From: Octopus vulgaris
Taxonomy: Eukaryota
Direction of reading: 5' to 3'
DNA: 64,000 nt
Assembly (NCBI GenBank): GCA_951406725.2
Contig: OX597828.1
Location: 22,692,001 to 22,756,000, forward strand
Shown: piece after piece, positions 1 through 14,688 of the stretch
Layout of the letters: each line of letters opens with the position of its first letter
Position numbering within the stretch: position 1 is the first letter of the stretch
Made by a program: the position numbers and the translations under genes
Notes under the pieces: generated by a model
The model's database searches: none
Told to the model about the DNA's origin: nothing
Seen by the model: the letters and a program-made list of their open reading frames with translations, nothing else

Positions 1-327
1 GTCATATTTTAACACATGTCCATTGTCTGGAAGTCTTTCATCGCTCATACATCTATGACTTCTTCAGCGACACTTTCTATCGTCGTGTGTGCTCCTGCTC
101 TGCTTGAACAGTAATTCACGCGTAAAGAGCGAATATAAAATGTGTGTTTGTTTATTTTGGCCAAAAACATGACTCATTCCCGAAGTACAAAATGTTACAT
201 CATATGGTTTCACATCAGTATTCATAAACGTATATACATACATATATATATATATAAAGTTACTCGGATAATAAATTCACAAACACACACACACATATAT
301 GTATATATGTACATACATATACATATG

Positions 328-380
<53 letters not shown>

Positions 381-885
381 ATATGTTTAGATACAAACGT
401 GGATATGTATATATACCCACACACGCGATCACCTACCCGATTACATATATTTACAAATGTATATACATATACACGTATAAATTCAAGGCATAAAACGGCC
501 GACATTAACTGTGACATTTGATGTGTCAGGAGTATTGAAACAACGTGTAAAATCAACCCTGAACGGTGGATTAAGAGCTTCTGTTAAAAGCTTTTCATAA
601 TAGATTATCTAGTACTCGCATAGTCCAATATATACTTAATCGTTGATGAAGTTATTGTATGATTCCAAATGGGATGTAGCAGTCAATTCTAGCAGAATAA
701 GTAACATAAATGACGCCCCATACCAGGGAAGTAAAATAATGTGTCGATTGTAGTGTATTTGTTGAGCCCAACACCAGTTGCAGCGGAGTCAATCGACCAC
801 TGAATGTTTTACAACCATAAACATAGCATCTTTTCTATTAAAATATATCTAGGAATAAGCGAGCATAAATTTCGCATTCTTTATA

Positions 886-925
886 ACCTCGGATGATCCT
901 CGGCTGAAACGATCGGAAATAAAAA
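886..925 (+). ncRNA. Possible decayed hammerhead
   Basis: CGGATGA-t CC tc GG ct-GAAA-CGATCG (palindrome) followed by AATAAA. Core has one mismatch and there is no clear helix I or cleavage triplet. Confidence 0.3.
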
Positions 926-1498
926 TTCATCCGGCAACGTTTATTATATTTAGCAGGAGAAAATTTCCTTGTTTCTACCATAATGCCATATAGGAGTTGA
1001 CTGAGATTTGGCTACAATTTCTAGCAGTTAAGACAAGCCCTCACAGATGTTCCATCGCTAGTTGCTGCTCTTTGGGTATATGAAGATATGTAGATTTCGA
1101 GCGAGTTGTTAACGATCTGAAATATTTAAACATGTGTCAGATTCAGTGTTCGTTAATTACTACACTGATCTAATTAATGCCATTTCTGCACTAATTGAAA
1201 GAGAAATGGTGTTTATTAATATGGAATATCGGAACGGTTGCATTTATGCTAAATGCCCAGTTTCTAAACATGATGTTAATAGACGTATATTGACCTTGAC
1301 ACTCATTCCTATCTGCATTAGTGTTGTACCATCTGCCAGGTTTGTGAAGTGGCGAAATTGACAGACAGCATAGTTTGTAATAGTTAGTAAAGCAGAGAGA
1401 CAAATATGGCTGTATGGCTAAGCTGTTCACTGGACACCATGTGGTTCTACGTTCGGTTCCCGATGATTTCTACCACTGCCTATATATATATATATATA

Positions 1499-1860
1499 GG
1501 ATTAAGAAACAGAACCTCCATAAAGTAATTCAATTAACAATGAAAGATATTATCTATAATAAAATATAAATTTAGAGTGATTGTATACTATCAACATAAC
1601 GTGACAGTCCCGTAAAGGGAATCATACACCACTATTTAGCCCTAGGAAGCATCGACGCTTCCTGTCGGCATTGACACAGTTCCTGTGTCCTCATATTTGC
1701 GAAGGGGAGACAAACACCCCCACCAGCTAGGGCTATAAATTTAATTGTATTATTAATATTGTACTAAAAATTACTATACTAAACAATGCACATTAAAACG
1801 ACGATGAACGTTTCGTGACGATATATTTAAATAGGCAATATCAAAATCGATAATCTCATG

Positions 1861-1861
<1 letters not shown>
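1499..1861. mobile_element. (TA)n-flanked non-coding insert with structured module
   Basis: About 360 bp of unique sequence bounded by (TA)n at 1481-1498 and 1862-1942. Contains the multi-hairpin 1637-1735 and a very decayed minus-strand hammerhead-like segment at 1802-1849. Confidence 0.45.
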
Positions 1862-1946
<85 letters not shown>

Positions 1947-2741
1947 ATATATATATCGTTTGAGGAAAACAAATCCGAAGTAAGCCTACTTTTAGATGTG
2001 GAGCAGTTTATATTGATAATGGCGAAGATTCCAAAAACCTGTTAGTCCGTGATCTCTCAGAACTTTCCCCACCATATTTGTAAGGGGTCATTGGCCAACA
2101 GATTATTGGGATCTGACGATATGCCATGTAGCTAAACCATTTATGGACGGAAAACCTAAAGTAATACCATAAACCGGCCTTCCCCATTATATACATAGAT
2201 GTGTGTGTGTGTATGAGAATGCGAGCACGAACGGTTATGTTGCTTGGCAGGATATTTGATAGGGCTTCCTTGCAGGTACGGTTCCTTTGTTTGTTCGTTG
2301 CACAGGATTAATTCTTTACTACATTGCCGGAAAGAGCTAAAAATTTTACGCTATATTAACAAGCGAATCTCTCAAGGAAACAAACGTGCATGTTGCTGCG
2401 CGAGTGAAATCTCCTTCACTAAATCTGGTACATAAAATTAAGTGGACTGTAGGTAATCACACTTATTTGAATTAGATGTAAAAAGCTAGTAATACACATG
2501 GCGGATTTCTAACCTGAAACAATGTTTATTGATTGTCTGGCATTCTATGCACAATAACAATCAAACAACTGTCTCAAGGCACACCAAAGTCTGGCTTTGT
2601 TGGATATCACCACATTCGTCATAAAACATACAAATATCTTGTAGGTATGACTAAGGTAAGTTTACATAATCATACGCAGAGACAACCACGCACACAAAAG
2701 ACACATGTCTCGTGTCCATATGTCTATATATGCACAGACAC

Positions 2742-2800
<59 letters not shown>

Positions 2801-2891
2801 CACATATATATGTACATAGGTATATACATATATAAATATATATGCATATATAAATACACAGACACATGTATATATATATATATATATATAT

Positions 2892-3140
2892 TTACACTCC
2901 TTCACTCTTTTATTCGTTACAGTCATTTGACTGCGGCCATCCTGGAGCACCGGCCTTAGTCGAGAAAATCGCCTCCAGGATAGGCTTCTTTTAATTTCCG
3001 TCTCAAATCCATTCCATTCACAAGGCTTTGGTCGGGCCTAGGGTATAGTAGAAGGCATTTGACAAGGTGCCACGCAGTGGGAATGAACCAGGAACCATGT
3101 GGTTGGTAAGCAAGCCACTTACCACACAGCCACTCCTGCG

Positions 3141-3142
<2 letters not shown>
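2892..3142 (-). mobile_element. SINE family A with internal deletion
   Basis: Head and tail match 11091-11558 but the middle, including the microsatellite, is missing. Flanked by (TA)n. Confidence 0.85.
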
Positions 3143-3223
<81 letters not shown>

Positions 3224-4050
3224 ATAGAGAGAGTAAGAAAGAGACAGAATATCATCGAGATACTCGGTTATAAGTATGGGGAGTAAAAAAAAAATTCAAA
3301 TTAGAAAAAAAGATTATAAATAAGGTGACGCCGAGATTACAGTTTATAAATATTCTCGAAAAATGGACTTAATTTTGTCTTGGGAAAATTCACTGAAAGT
3401 TCAATGCATAATAAATTTTCTACAAAATACTTCAGGCTATCACCAAGACATTTCTAAGACGAGAATCACTGCTTTCCGCAAATTTTCCTAGTTTCTTCGA
3501 TATTTATATTATAAATATTATTTTCATCGTCAGTCATTTGTTTACGCATTAATTTATACTGAGGCTTGTTATGTGTATTTATTTGCTTATATTTAGATTT
3601 TCATTAACGGTGTGTACTTAAATACGTATACATGTACAAGAACACACAAAGACGCACAAAGATCCACATGGACACACACATACATATATGTATATATGCG
3701 TGTACATCGACAGATACAAACCTATATATAAAATCTGACATACACAGCTATAAAAATATACATATGTACATATATTCATGTATGTATACACACACACATA
3801 TGTATATATAGACGTATGTATATCTATGCACATGTGTGAGAGTGCATACATATGTTGGGATAGCGGTATTATATATGGGTATACATGTCTATACATTGCT
3901 GCTTATACACACTTTCGCTCAATGAACGGCCATGTATATTTACACATATATACTTAAATATACACATGCATGTATATATATATTTATATATGTATGTATA
4001 TATATACATAAATGCATATATATACATGCATTTGTATACACACGCACACA

Positions 4051-4095
<45 letters not shown>

Positions 4096-4256
4096 GTAAT
4101 GTGCAAGTAGCTGCAAAATTTAATTAAATATCCATTTCTACACCTACATGTATAGATATATGTATATACATATACACAAACACACACCTATATATATACG
4201 TGTATGTATGTATCTGTCTATGTATATATATAAATGTGTGTGTGTGTGTGCATACG

Positions 4257-4287
<31 letters not shown>

Positions 4288-4363
4288 ACATATGGATTTA
4301 TATATATACATATATATATATATATATACATATATATACATATATATACATATATATATACAT

Positions 4364-4418
<55 letters not shown>

Positions 4419-5206
4419 AATATATATACATAGGTATATGGATGTATATGTATGTACTGGAATATATAAGAGGAATATTAATAGTTACGTATATTTTCTT
4501 GTATTTGTGATTCTGCGCAAGTGATGCAAATGATGTTGTGCATATATGTATTTCTGTGAGTATCAGAATTTACCATTTCATGGTATGGATGCAGTTCAGA
4601 CTATTTAAATTAAATGCTCTGTATTTGTATTTCGCTATGTAATGAATTTGATGAAATCTATTGCATAATGCGATATGCTACGCAAATGTCATTTTCGCTC
4701 GGAATTATATATTTTTATTGTTACTTTATCGTTTTTATTTTACTTTTCTATGTTTTTTTTTTCCTTTCGCAAATGCCGAATATTATATTTTGACAGATTA
4801 TTAAAATATAACGATATTGCAAACAGGTACGAATGCCTGCATATAATATAAACCTAAATAGTGACAGAAAACTCGCAACACACACACACGTGTACTTTCA
4901 CTCAATGACACTTTTGCACATATATATATATATATATATATATATGCCTATATGTACATATATATTTATATATATATGTGTGTGTATGCATATATGTATG
5001 TATATATAAATAGATAGAATGATAGATACATAGTTATGTATGACTTTATGTCTGTGTGTATGTATGTCTCTCTCTCTATGTGCGTGTGTATATGTGTGTG
5101 TATACACACACATATATGCCTATACCTATCTATCTCTCTTTATCCGTGCTCAAATACACACACACACGCTCACACACATACACGCACACGCACACAAACA
5201 CACACG

Positions 5207-5351
<145 letters not shown>

Positions 5352-5885
5352 CTATGCTGAAAATTCAAGCATATGCAATAATATATATGCGGATGTTTAT
5401 ACGCAAAGAAAAGGAATAAAACAAGAGAAAACAAGAACTACAAGAAAACTAAAAAAAAGAATAACAAGAAGGAGGAAGAGGAGAAGAACAACAACAATAA
5501 CAACGACTACCCGACCACGTCGATGATGATGATGATGATGATGATGGCAGCGATGCTGCTTATGAGGGATGATGAACACGACGAGGTAGAGGCGGCGGAG
5601 GAAGCAAAGGAGTACACAAATACGAACACATACTCATATTCTAAAACAAGATGACTATTCAGTCGATAGATGCAATCTTAAAGCAGTTTTTACTTTATTA
5701 TATCTGTAATAGCGATTAGATATTTTATTATTACGGAATTACTTCGGAATCTTTGGAGGTGCGAATGTCTTTCTGTCTGTCTGTCTGTCTGTCTCTCTCA
5801 CATCCGCACTCATCTACACATTGTATACGCACACCTGTAAGTATACATACATACCAACATACATACATATGTGCGTATATATATG

Positions 5886-5918
<33 letters not shown>

Positions 5919-6081
5919 ATGCGTGTATATATGTGTGTGTATATATGTATACACATATATATATATATATGTGTGTATAGATATATATCTGTATACATAT
6001 ATATACATATATGTATATATATATATGTATACATATGTATACATATATATATAAATATATATATGTGTGTATACACACACT

Positions 6082-6112
<31 letters not shown>

Positions 6113-6162
6113 GTATACATATATATGTATATATATGTGTATACATATCTATACATATATGC

Positions 6163-6223
<61 letters not shown>

Positions 6224-6250
6224 CAGACAGAGGGAGAGAAAGAGAGAGTG

Positions 6251-6417
6251 AAGGTGCATGGCTCAGTGGTTAGGGCGACGTGTTCACGATCGTGAAGTTG
6301 TGAGTTCGAACTCTGACCAGGGTCTGTGTTGTTTTTGAGCAAGGCACTTTATTTCACGTTGCTCCACTTCAATCAGCTGTAGAAATGAGTTGCGACGTCA
6401 CAGGTGCCAAGCTGTAT
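6251..6417 (+). mobile_element. tRNA-derived SINE family D, 5' part
   Basis: TGGCTCAGTGGTTAGGG A box, GAGTTCGAACTC B box, TTGAGCAAGGCACTTTATTTCAC core. Confidence 0.8.
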
Positions 6418-6441
6418 ATACATACATGCATACATACATGT

Positions 6442-6513
<72 letters not shown>

Positions 6514-6528
6514 ATATATATATATATT

Positions 6529-6562
<34 letters not shown>

Positions 6563-7959
6563 GTATACGCACATGTATAAATAAGCTTGTATTCATTTGT
6601 ATATAGATTTAGATACACACACACAAGCGCACGCACAGAACTAAATATACATTTATGTGTGTGTGAACGCTTTCACACCTATATGAAATATAATATGCGC
6701 ATGCTTAAGATTGCATTAAGTTTACAAGAGATGTTTGTTGTTGTGTGGGAGTTCCTTGTACAAACAGAAGTACACACACAAATATAGTTAAATATGGCTA
6801 GATAAATAATTTTACATTTGAATTCAAATTTTGAAACGTTTTAACTTGTACGCAATATAAATATTTCAATTTATGTTCCATTGTAAAGTAGCTGATTAGT
6901 TAGCTTTACACCAAGAATGAATGATAGTGTCTCTACAATTGTGTACTTCAAAAGCAAGATCGTTGAAATAATTATTACTTTTGCGTAGATTCTAAAGGAG
7001 CTAGCGAAATTGTAGCGGAAGTGTAAAGCACTTAATACCAATGTGTTATATCGCAGCCACGTACTATAAATCTCGTTGTACTCGATGTATGACGGTAAAC
7101 AATGGAAATATTATCCGAATTACGTCTTTTGTGTAGCAGCCATATTTTTAAACCTTGATTGTTTTGTATGCAATACTGGTGTATGAGGACATTTGCAAAT
7201 CCAAAGTACTTCAGTTTCTTGCCATAGTGAGTGGGAGAGAACTTGTCCCTGAAGATATGTTGTATGGTGGTTAATATTATTAAATATGTATTCTGTGAGA
7301 CTCGAAAATTATGTTTCGGTGTTATAGTGGTTGCTTATATTATCGCCTAGTGAATGGCTGATGCATTTAGTGACCAGATCAAGGTAGTTCAAGAAATACG
7401 AGTTATTCAAGAAGTTGTTATTGGCCATGTAAGGGACTGTTGGTTACATATGTATTCAGCACTATAGAGGTGTAGATTTATAATACATTTGTCTGCGTAC
7501 CAATGCAACCACTCAGAATGAGGTAAATTCAAACAAACACACATACATACAATACGCAATGAACATTGTCGCATATATATTTATGTATATGCCAACGTAT
7601 ATATGTACATATAGACACACAGAAATATGTGTGTGTGTGTCTACAGGGCTCTTTCTCCGCATCAAATTACCAATTTTAATTCAAGGAGACGGGTGTATTT
7701 AGCGAATATCAGTGAAACTAGAAATTAGATGATAAATCCTATAACTACTCTTGCCACTCATGATTAGACATAGCTAAGGTGTCCTGAGCACACGCATGCA
7801 TACATACATATACATATATATGTATATATACACACACAAATACATGTACAAATATATATAAGGATACACATACACGCATACATATATATATATATATATG
7901 AGTGTATTTTTATGTATGTATATACATATATATATATGTATATACATATATATATATAC

Positions 7960-8041
<82 letters not shown>

Positions 8042-8689
8042 GCATGTATGTATGCATGTCTATGTATGATTATGGTTGTGACTTTATTGCACGCCGTTCT
8101 GCTTTTCTAGTTTATTCTCTACTTTATTCTGTTCGATGGTTTGGTTCCTTTTTTCTCCTTCCTTCCTTCCTTCATTCCTTCCTTCCTACTCTCCCCTATT
8201 TCTCCTTTCTTTCTTACACTCTTTCCCCCCATTCTTTAATTTCTGATTTCCTTCCAAACTATTTGGGAAATAAATTTGCTTCTTTAATTCTTTTTTTCTT
8301 TTCCCTTTTGTTTTATGGTATTCCTCTTCTTGTTCTTCATCACCATCTTATTTTTTTTCTTATCCGATCATTCTTCCTCATGCATTTGATGGAAATATAA
8401 ATTTCCTTCGATTACGATTTCCCAAGCAAAATGACACTGTCATATTGACTGCTTGTGGTTGAAATCACGAGAAACGAACACCAAAAACAGTACCGCAACA
8501 ATTACCAAAAAGAACTATTGCTATTACAAGAAAAAAAGAAAACAAAGAAATCACAGCATATGTAACAACAACAACAAAAATAACTATAGCATTAGCAAAG
8601 ACAAAAGCAGAGATGACAAACAGCAGCGCCTTAAATCCCCTATTCCTTGATCCATTTGTTTTGACTAATCGCAAATATTATTTTTATCA

Positions 8690-8690
8690 A

Positions 8691-8754
<64 letters not shown>

Positions 8755-8818
8755 TTTATTTTTATTTTCATTGTTATTATTATTATTATTATTTTTATTG
8801 TTATTATCATTATTATTG

Positions 8819-8888
<70 letters not shown>

Positions 8889-9017
8889 TCATATTATTGT
8901 GATTATTTTTTATTTAAATTTGTAATATTTTTGATAGTGATATTATTATCAATATTATTATTATGAGCATTATCATTCTTTTATCAATAATGTTATTGAC
9001 GTTAATATTATTTGTGA

Positions 9018-9051
<34 letters not shown>

Positions 9052-9074
9052 GTTATTCTTAGTTTTTATTATTT

Positions 9075-9147
<73 letters not shown>

Positions 9148-9150
9148 CGG
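8690..9150. repeat. (ATT)n microsatellite cluster
   Basis: Direct reading. Confidence 0.95.
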
Positions 9151-9767
9151 TGTAACCATTATTATTAACGTCATTTCTTCTACATAAATTTGAAACGACC
9201 ATCTAAAACAGCTGTTTTTACTCTTGACGAAAAAAGAGGGAAAAAATCACTCTCGACCATCACTAACCGACGAGATTCCCACCAGCGTGTACGCATGCGC
9301 ATATTTCAGCAAAAACACACACCCACACATACATACACACATATATATATACACACACACACACACACATGCATAGCGTAAAGTTATTTTGTAAAAACGA
9401 GAACAAGATAGTAAACAAAAATGAAATTATTTTTAAGAAATCTCCCAAAATAAATAAGAGAAATATATGAACCATTAATCAGATTTTCGCATACCTCTAC
9501 CAGCTTTTCTGGTTACCCACCATACACCTCAAATCATATAGCGTCAAACTATTGTAAGCACACATACGCCGACATACACAAAATTAATGACACTTTTGTA
9601 ACGTAATAACCACACACGTGCATATAAACACACACACACACACATGCATTCACATATTCAGAAACGTCACATACACACAACCTTCATTTTTCCAGATTAT
9701 ATTATGTGCGCTTTGATACATAGAAACATGCATACTTAAAGATACTTCAATATACACACACGTTTAG

Positions 9768-9821
<54 letters not shown>

Positions 9822-10307
9822 TTGTAAGTATGTATATATATATAATTTATATATATAAATATACAGTTATATGTATATACATATATAGATATATAAATAT
9901 TTGTATGTATATACATCTGCATGTATGTATATATGTTCTTACATGTGTGCACACTTATATATATCAGTATCCGATGAAACCACCCAAACGCATCTATACA
10001 CATATGCATATATACATACACTCATATACACTCACAGGCAAATCTAGGAAATATGGAAACACACACACACACACACACACAATTCTATTATAAGAATCAA
10101 CGAGGATTGTTTCGTAAGTCTTTTACATTTGAAATCAGATTTAGCAATTCCAGCAACGAAACGTGTTATATCCCCAGGAACGAAATTCCAATGACATCTA
10201 CAGATGTTTCTTATTAGAAATATGATGTGGTCGTTCATCTTGGTAATAGCATCATTGAGGCTATTGTTGTCTCGATCGTTGTTGTTCTTGCTGTTGTTGG
10301 TAGTGGC

Positions 10308-10652
10308 CTTCTTCTTCTTCTTCTTCTTCTTCTTCTTCTTCTTCTTCTTCTTCTTCTTCTTCTTCTTCTTCTTCTTCTTCTTCTTCGTCGTCGTCGTCTT
10401 CTTCTTCTTCTTCTTCTTCTTCTTCTTCTTCTTCTTCTTCTTCTTCCTCTCCTTCTCCTTCTTTTTCTTCTTCTTTATCAATATTTTTCGTCATCATCAT
10501 CACTATCATCATTATCATCATCATTATCATCATTATAATGATATCTAACGTTTATTGCCGATTGTCTTCTCGACACTATTACTACTACTACTACTACTAC
10601 TGCTGCTGCTGCTACTACTACTGCTGCTACTACTGCTACCACTACTACTACA

Positions 10653-10719
<67 letters not shown>

Positions 10720-10733
10720 ACAACAACAACAAA
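10308..10733. repeat. Compound trinucleotide array (TTC)n-(CAT)n-(CTA/CTG)n-(CAA)n
   Basis: Direct reading. Confidence 0.95.
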
Positions 10734-11090
10734 ACCATGTATTGGTTCGATCGTTAGAGTGTTATATATAACTACTAGTTCATTTCTTCTGAACCATTAC
10801 ATTCGGGGTTCCACCTGTGCATTCTGGGAGTCGATTTTGCTATAACATGCTTTCGTGGTCGAAAAAATAACGCACCAGGTAGACATTGCAGTCCAATGCA
10901 TTCTACTAAATCTGTCTCCCTAAATTTTCTGACCCATGTAACAAAATTTGAGTTTTCCTCCTTTCGGTGGTGCTGGCGGTGGTGTTCGTGGTGGGGGGTC
11001 ATTGCCATAAGTACCAGTGGGAGACTGCGGTTTATGTAATCGACAAGACTCCCCCACCCATCCAACCCATCACTAATTTCAGGCCATTTG

Positions 11091-11343
11091 TCTTTTACTC
11101 TTTTGCTCTTTTCAGTCATATTTACTGCGTTCATGCTGGAGCACAGCCTTTAGTCGAGCAAATCGACCCCAGAAATTATTCTTTGTAAGCCTAGTACTTA
11201 ATCTGTCGATTTCTTTTGCCGAACCGCTGGATTACGAGGACGTAAACACACCAGCATCGGTTGTCAAGTGATGTTGGGGGACAAACACAGACACACAAAC
11301 ATATACACACACACATACATACGTACGTGCATACATACATACA

Positions 11344-11393
<50 letters not shown>

Positions 11394-11558
11394 CACGACG
11401 GGCTTCTTTCAGTTTCTGTCTACCAAATCCACTCACAAGGCTTTGGTCGGCCCACGGCTATTGTAGAAGACACTTGCCCAAGATGCCACGCAGTGGGACT
11501 GAACTCGGAACCATGTGGTTGGTAAGCAAGCTACTTACCTCACAGCCACTCCTGCGCC
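11091..11558 (-). mobile_element. tRNA-derived SINE family A (CORE-like), full length
   Basis: Head GGCGCAGGAGTGGCTGTGAGGTAAG (A box) and GAGTTCAGTCC (B box), CTTGGGCAAGTG CORE-like motif, internal TA/TATG/TG microsatellite, AAAAGAGT-type tail. Confidence 0.88.
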
Positions 11559-11714
11559 TAATTGTAAAAAGAATTATTATTATCGTCACTGTTGCTGCTA
11601 TTATTGAAAACATTTATTTAAAAAAATAAAATTGACATCTTCGTCATCACTATCGTTGTTATTTTCGTTTGGCTCATGTTCAGTCTCCTTACGCGAAGTA
11701 TTTATGTTGATAGC

Positions 11715-12030
11715 ATGTGACTACCTGTAACCTTAAGTATGCACAAGTTTTCAGCAGCCTTTCAAGTGCTTAGAACCCTCTTGCTAATCTTTGTTGTCCC
11801 TAACAGACAAATTTTCTGTAGGAACTCTACCGGCAATTCTATTCCAATCTTCTTCAGCCGTTTTTTTAAATATCTTTCTTTACTGTTCCCAACACACCAA
11901 TTGATATAGGCACATCTACTGATCGCATGCTCCAAATTCTTCCTAATCTAAAATCTGAGTTGTATTTTGGGGGTTTTCTGGAATCAAACTGTCATGATGG
12001 GTCAATAAGTAATCTCCTTCCTTATCTATA
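11715..12030 (-). mobile_element. R4/Dong-like LINE 3' fragment (different subfamily)
   Basis: Minus strand translates to RIWSMRSVDVPISIGVLGTV...FLQKICLLGTTKISKRVLST*. Confidence 0.75.
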
Positions 12031-12074
12031 ATTGTTTATGTTATCCTTATTATTATTTTCATCATTATTATTAT

Positions 12075-12960
12075 CATAATTTACCTTTAATCTGCATGTT
12101 TGTTACAATCACTTGCCGAGAAACACCCAACGTCCTAGGTTGAGTGACGGATGAGAGATGTTACAGTATTACTGAAAGCTTCCAGTGGGGAAGTGGCAGG
12201 GGCAGTAGCAATATATCTTCATGTAACAACACAGACATTTAAATTGATAGGGTTTTTCTAAGGATGTGGGCAGTACTTGTCAGCACAATCTTTTGGATTT
12301 CTCTGAGACATGGTTCCCCTGGGATATTATCTAGATATTTCTGACATACCTTTCTTATCATACCTAGGGCACCTGCAATTACAGGAACAGTTCTCGCTTT
12401 AAGATGCCAAATCTTTTGTATAACAATTTCCAGGTCCTCATGTTTACTGAATTTTTCAAATTCCTTTACAGATATATTCTTATCAATGTGAACACTCACA
12501 TCATTTAGTCTACAAATGTTTTCTTCCCACTCTTTAATTACTATGTCTGGTTGATTAATCTGGATCGTTCTGTCGGTGTTGACAGTAAAATCCGAGAGGA
12601 TTCAACAACTGGCTCAGGATGATGTTCATACAAGTGAGCAGAAGTACTAATTTTGTGTTTACATATATTCCAATGTAAATATTGGCCTACCCTATCGTGG
12701 CGATCTTAGTATTCGTTTGGTGTCAGCACAGGCTATCCCGTGATGGTCTATTGTTTCATCAAATGTATCGCAGAATCTGCATTTAGGTTCAGAACCGTTT
12801 TCCTGAAAGTTAGCCTGGTAGATTTTGGTTAACAAGCTTTGATTTTGTACCGCTAAAATGAAACCTTGTATCTCTGCTTTCAGTCCTAGACGAAATTTTA
12901 GCGATATTTTGCCGAAGTCGATTTTCCCTTTCATCATTTCGGCTTCGATAAAATAAGTAC
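12075..12960 (-). mobile_element. R4/Dong-like REL non-LTR retrotransposon, 3' fragment
   Basis: CRFC..ETIDH zinc knuckle, RDRVGQYLHW, QPDIVIK...D..K REL endonuclease, C-terminus IQKIVLTSTAHILRKTLSI* (ORFs 12692-12937 and 12239-12499, frameshifted). 3' UTR runs into a TAA-like tract. Confidence 0.88.
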
Positions 12961-13041
12961 CATTTGAAAAGTGGGCTCGATGGGATCAAATCATCCCCTC
13001 CACACAAATTACTGTCCTATGGCAAAATTTGAAATCACCAC

Positions 13042-13080
<39 letters not shown>

Positions 13081-13089
13081 TATTATTAA

Positions 13090-13195
<106 letters not shown>

Positions 13196-13573
13196 ACACT
13201 GCGAACAAAAGAGTAATTAAATCCAACACCAAGTTCCCTTCAATAATCAAATTGTTTTGACTTTTCTAATCTCATAAAAGATTATTATATCCTAAACAGC
13301 TGCAAGTGTTCTTGGTTGTGCAGATTATCGTCTTCGGTTGCGATTTATATGGATAATGAACATAACAAAATCAATATACAAAACACTTTTAATGATAATG
13401 ATTATAATCTTCTATAGTCCTGCTTGTCATGAAGTGTTTTCAAAGGTTACTCACGAAGTCACTGCAACTATGATCCTAAATAAGTTAGATCTGTTCGAAA
13501 TCTACAAGATACGTGATCAAGTTCGATTGCTACAGTTTCCAACATTTTCAAATGCGAAATGAATTCCAAGATA

Positions 13574-13971
13574 TCTTTATATATAAAAGAGAAGTTGTGT
13601 GTCTGTCTCCTACGATTTAGATTCCTAACTACTCCCACATTTTGCGGTGCAGTTTAACCAAAACCGGGTATCTTATAGTCGTTATTCATATCGAGCCCTT
13701 CTGGGTATTAGCGCGCGTCTACGATGAGTTTACGATTTTTAAAATAATTTACCATCATTTTCTTCCATTTTAATGCATTTTTTCGTTAAAGATATAAGGG
13801 AAGTAACTCTTTAAAAATGTCTACGGTGAGTCAAAGATTAAAAAAAAAATTTACCATCATTTGTTTTCCATTTTCAATGTATTTTTTTGCTATTTTTTGG
13901 CTATAACTCTCTGAAAATGCTTATATAGTTATTTCCCTACAAACCCGAGCAACGCCGGGCGATACTGCTAG
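13574..13971 (+). mobile_element. Non-autonomous Helitron
   Basis: A|TC 5' end, subterminal hairpin CCCGAGCAACGCCGGG (13944-13959), CTAG|T 3' end, no TSD. Internal duplication of about 70 bp (about 13718-13790 / 13819-13890). Confidence 0.88.
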
Positions 13972-14019
13972 TAAGAAATACATTTAACATGAATTAACGT
14001 TACGAGATCGTTTCCTATG

Positions 14020-14328
14020 TGGGTGTATGGCGTGAAGGTTTTCCCAACTACATTGTTTCGGATTCAGTACACATAGCCTCGGACTAATCGTATAAGGGGA
14101 TTTGTTGGACGGAAACTAAAAGAAGCTCATCACATGTGTGTGTGTGTGTGTGTGTGTATTTGTGTGTCTATGTTTCTTCCACCGACAATGATTGACGACC
14201 AGCATTGGTGTTTTTATGGTCCTTTAACTTAACGGCTAGGCACAACACCTATAGAGAGGTGTTGTGCCGAGACGTTAAGTTACGGTTGCCCCAGCATGTC
14301 CGCACTCAAATAACTGAAACAAATAGAA
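14020..14328 (+). mobile_element. SINE family A, degraded
   Basis: GACGGAAACTAAAAGAAGC, internal (TG)n, CCAGCATGTCCGCACTCAAATAACTGAAAC. Confidence 0.65.
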
Positions 14329-14348
14329 AAGAATATATATGTATATAT

Positions 14349-14406
<58 letters not shown>

Positions 14407-14437
14407 GAAGTAAAGGATGGCAATGCAAAAAAGAATT

Positions 14438-14515
14438 TTACAGTTGTTTCTGCTATAAGATGTGGTGGGCTCTTAGTTGAGTAGCAGGATAACATCCTAC
14501 AGCTTTATCAGAGCC
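14438..14515 (-). ncRNA. Decayed hammerhead ribozyme with branched helix II
   Basis: Minus strand: CTGATAA-a GCT [GTAGGAT/ATCCTGC][TAAGA/TCTTA] AGC a-GAAA-CAACTG-TA. One core substitution, near-palindromic helix III, helix I lost. Lies in an insert flanked by (TA)n on both sides (about 14407-14625). Confidence 0.5.
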
Positions 14516-14634
14516 TTTATTTGTGTTCTTTATTTGGGAAAGTTATATTTGCAGAATGTACTGGCGTCAAGAGTGAGAAACTTTGAATTGATGGGTAAGA
14601 CGTTTGTTTTGTTTTTCTGACGTCAATATATATA

Positions 14635-14685
<51 letters not shown>

Positions 14686-14688
<3 letters not shown>

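Noticed and set aside
1660-1725. HDV-like or SECIS interpretation of the structured module
   Set aside because: Could not assign convincing P1/P2/P1.1 pairings or SECIS quartet spacing; kept only as an unclassified structure.
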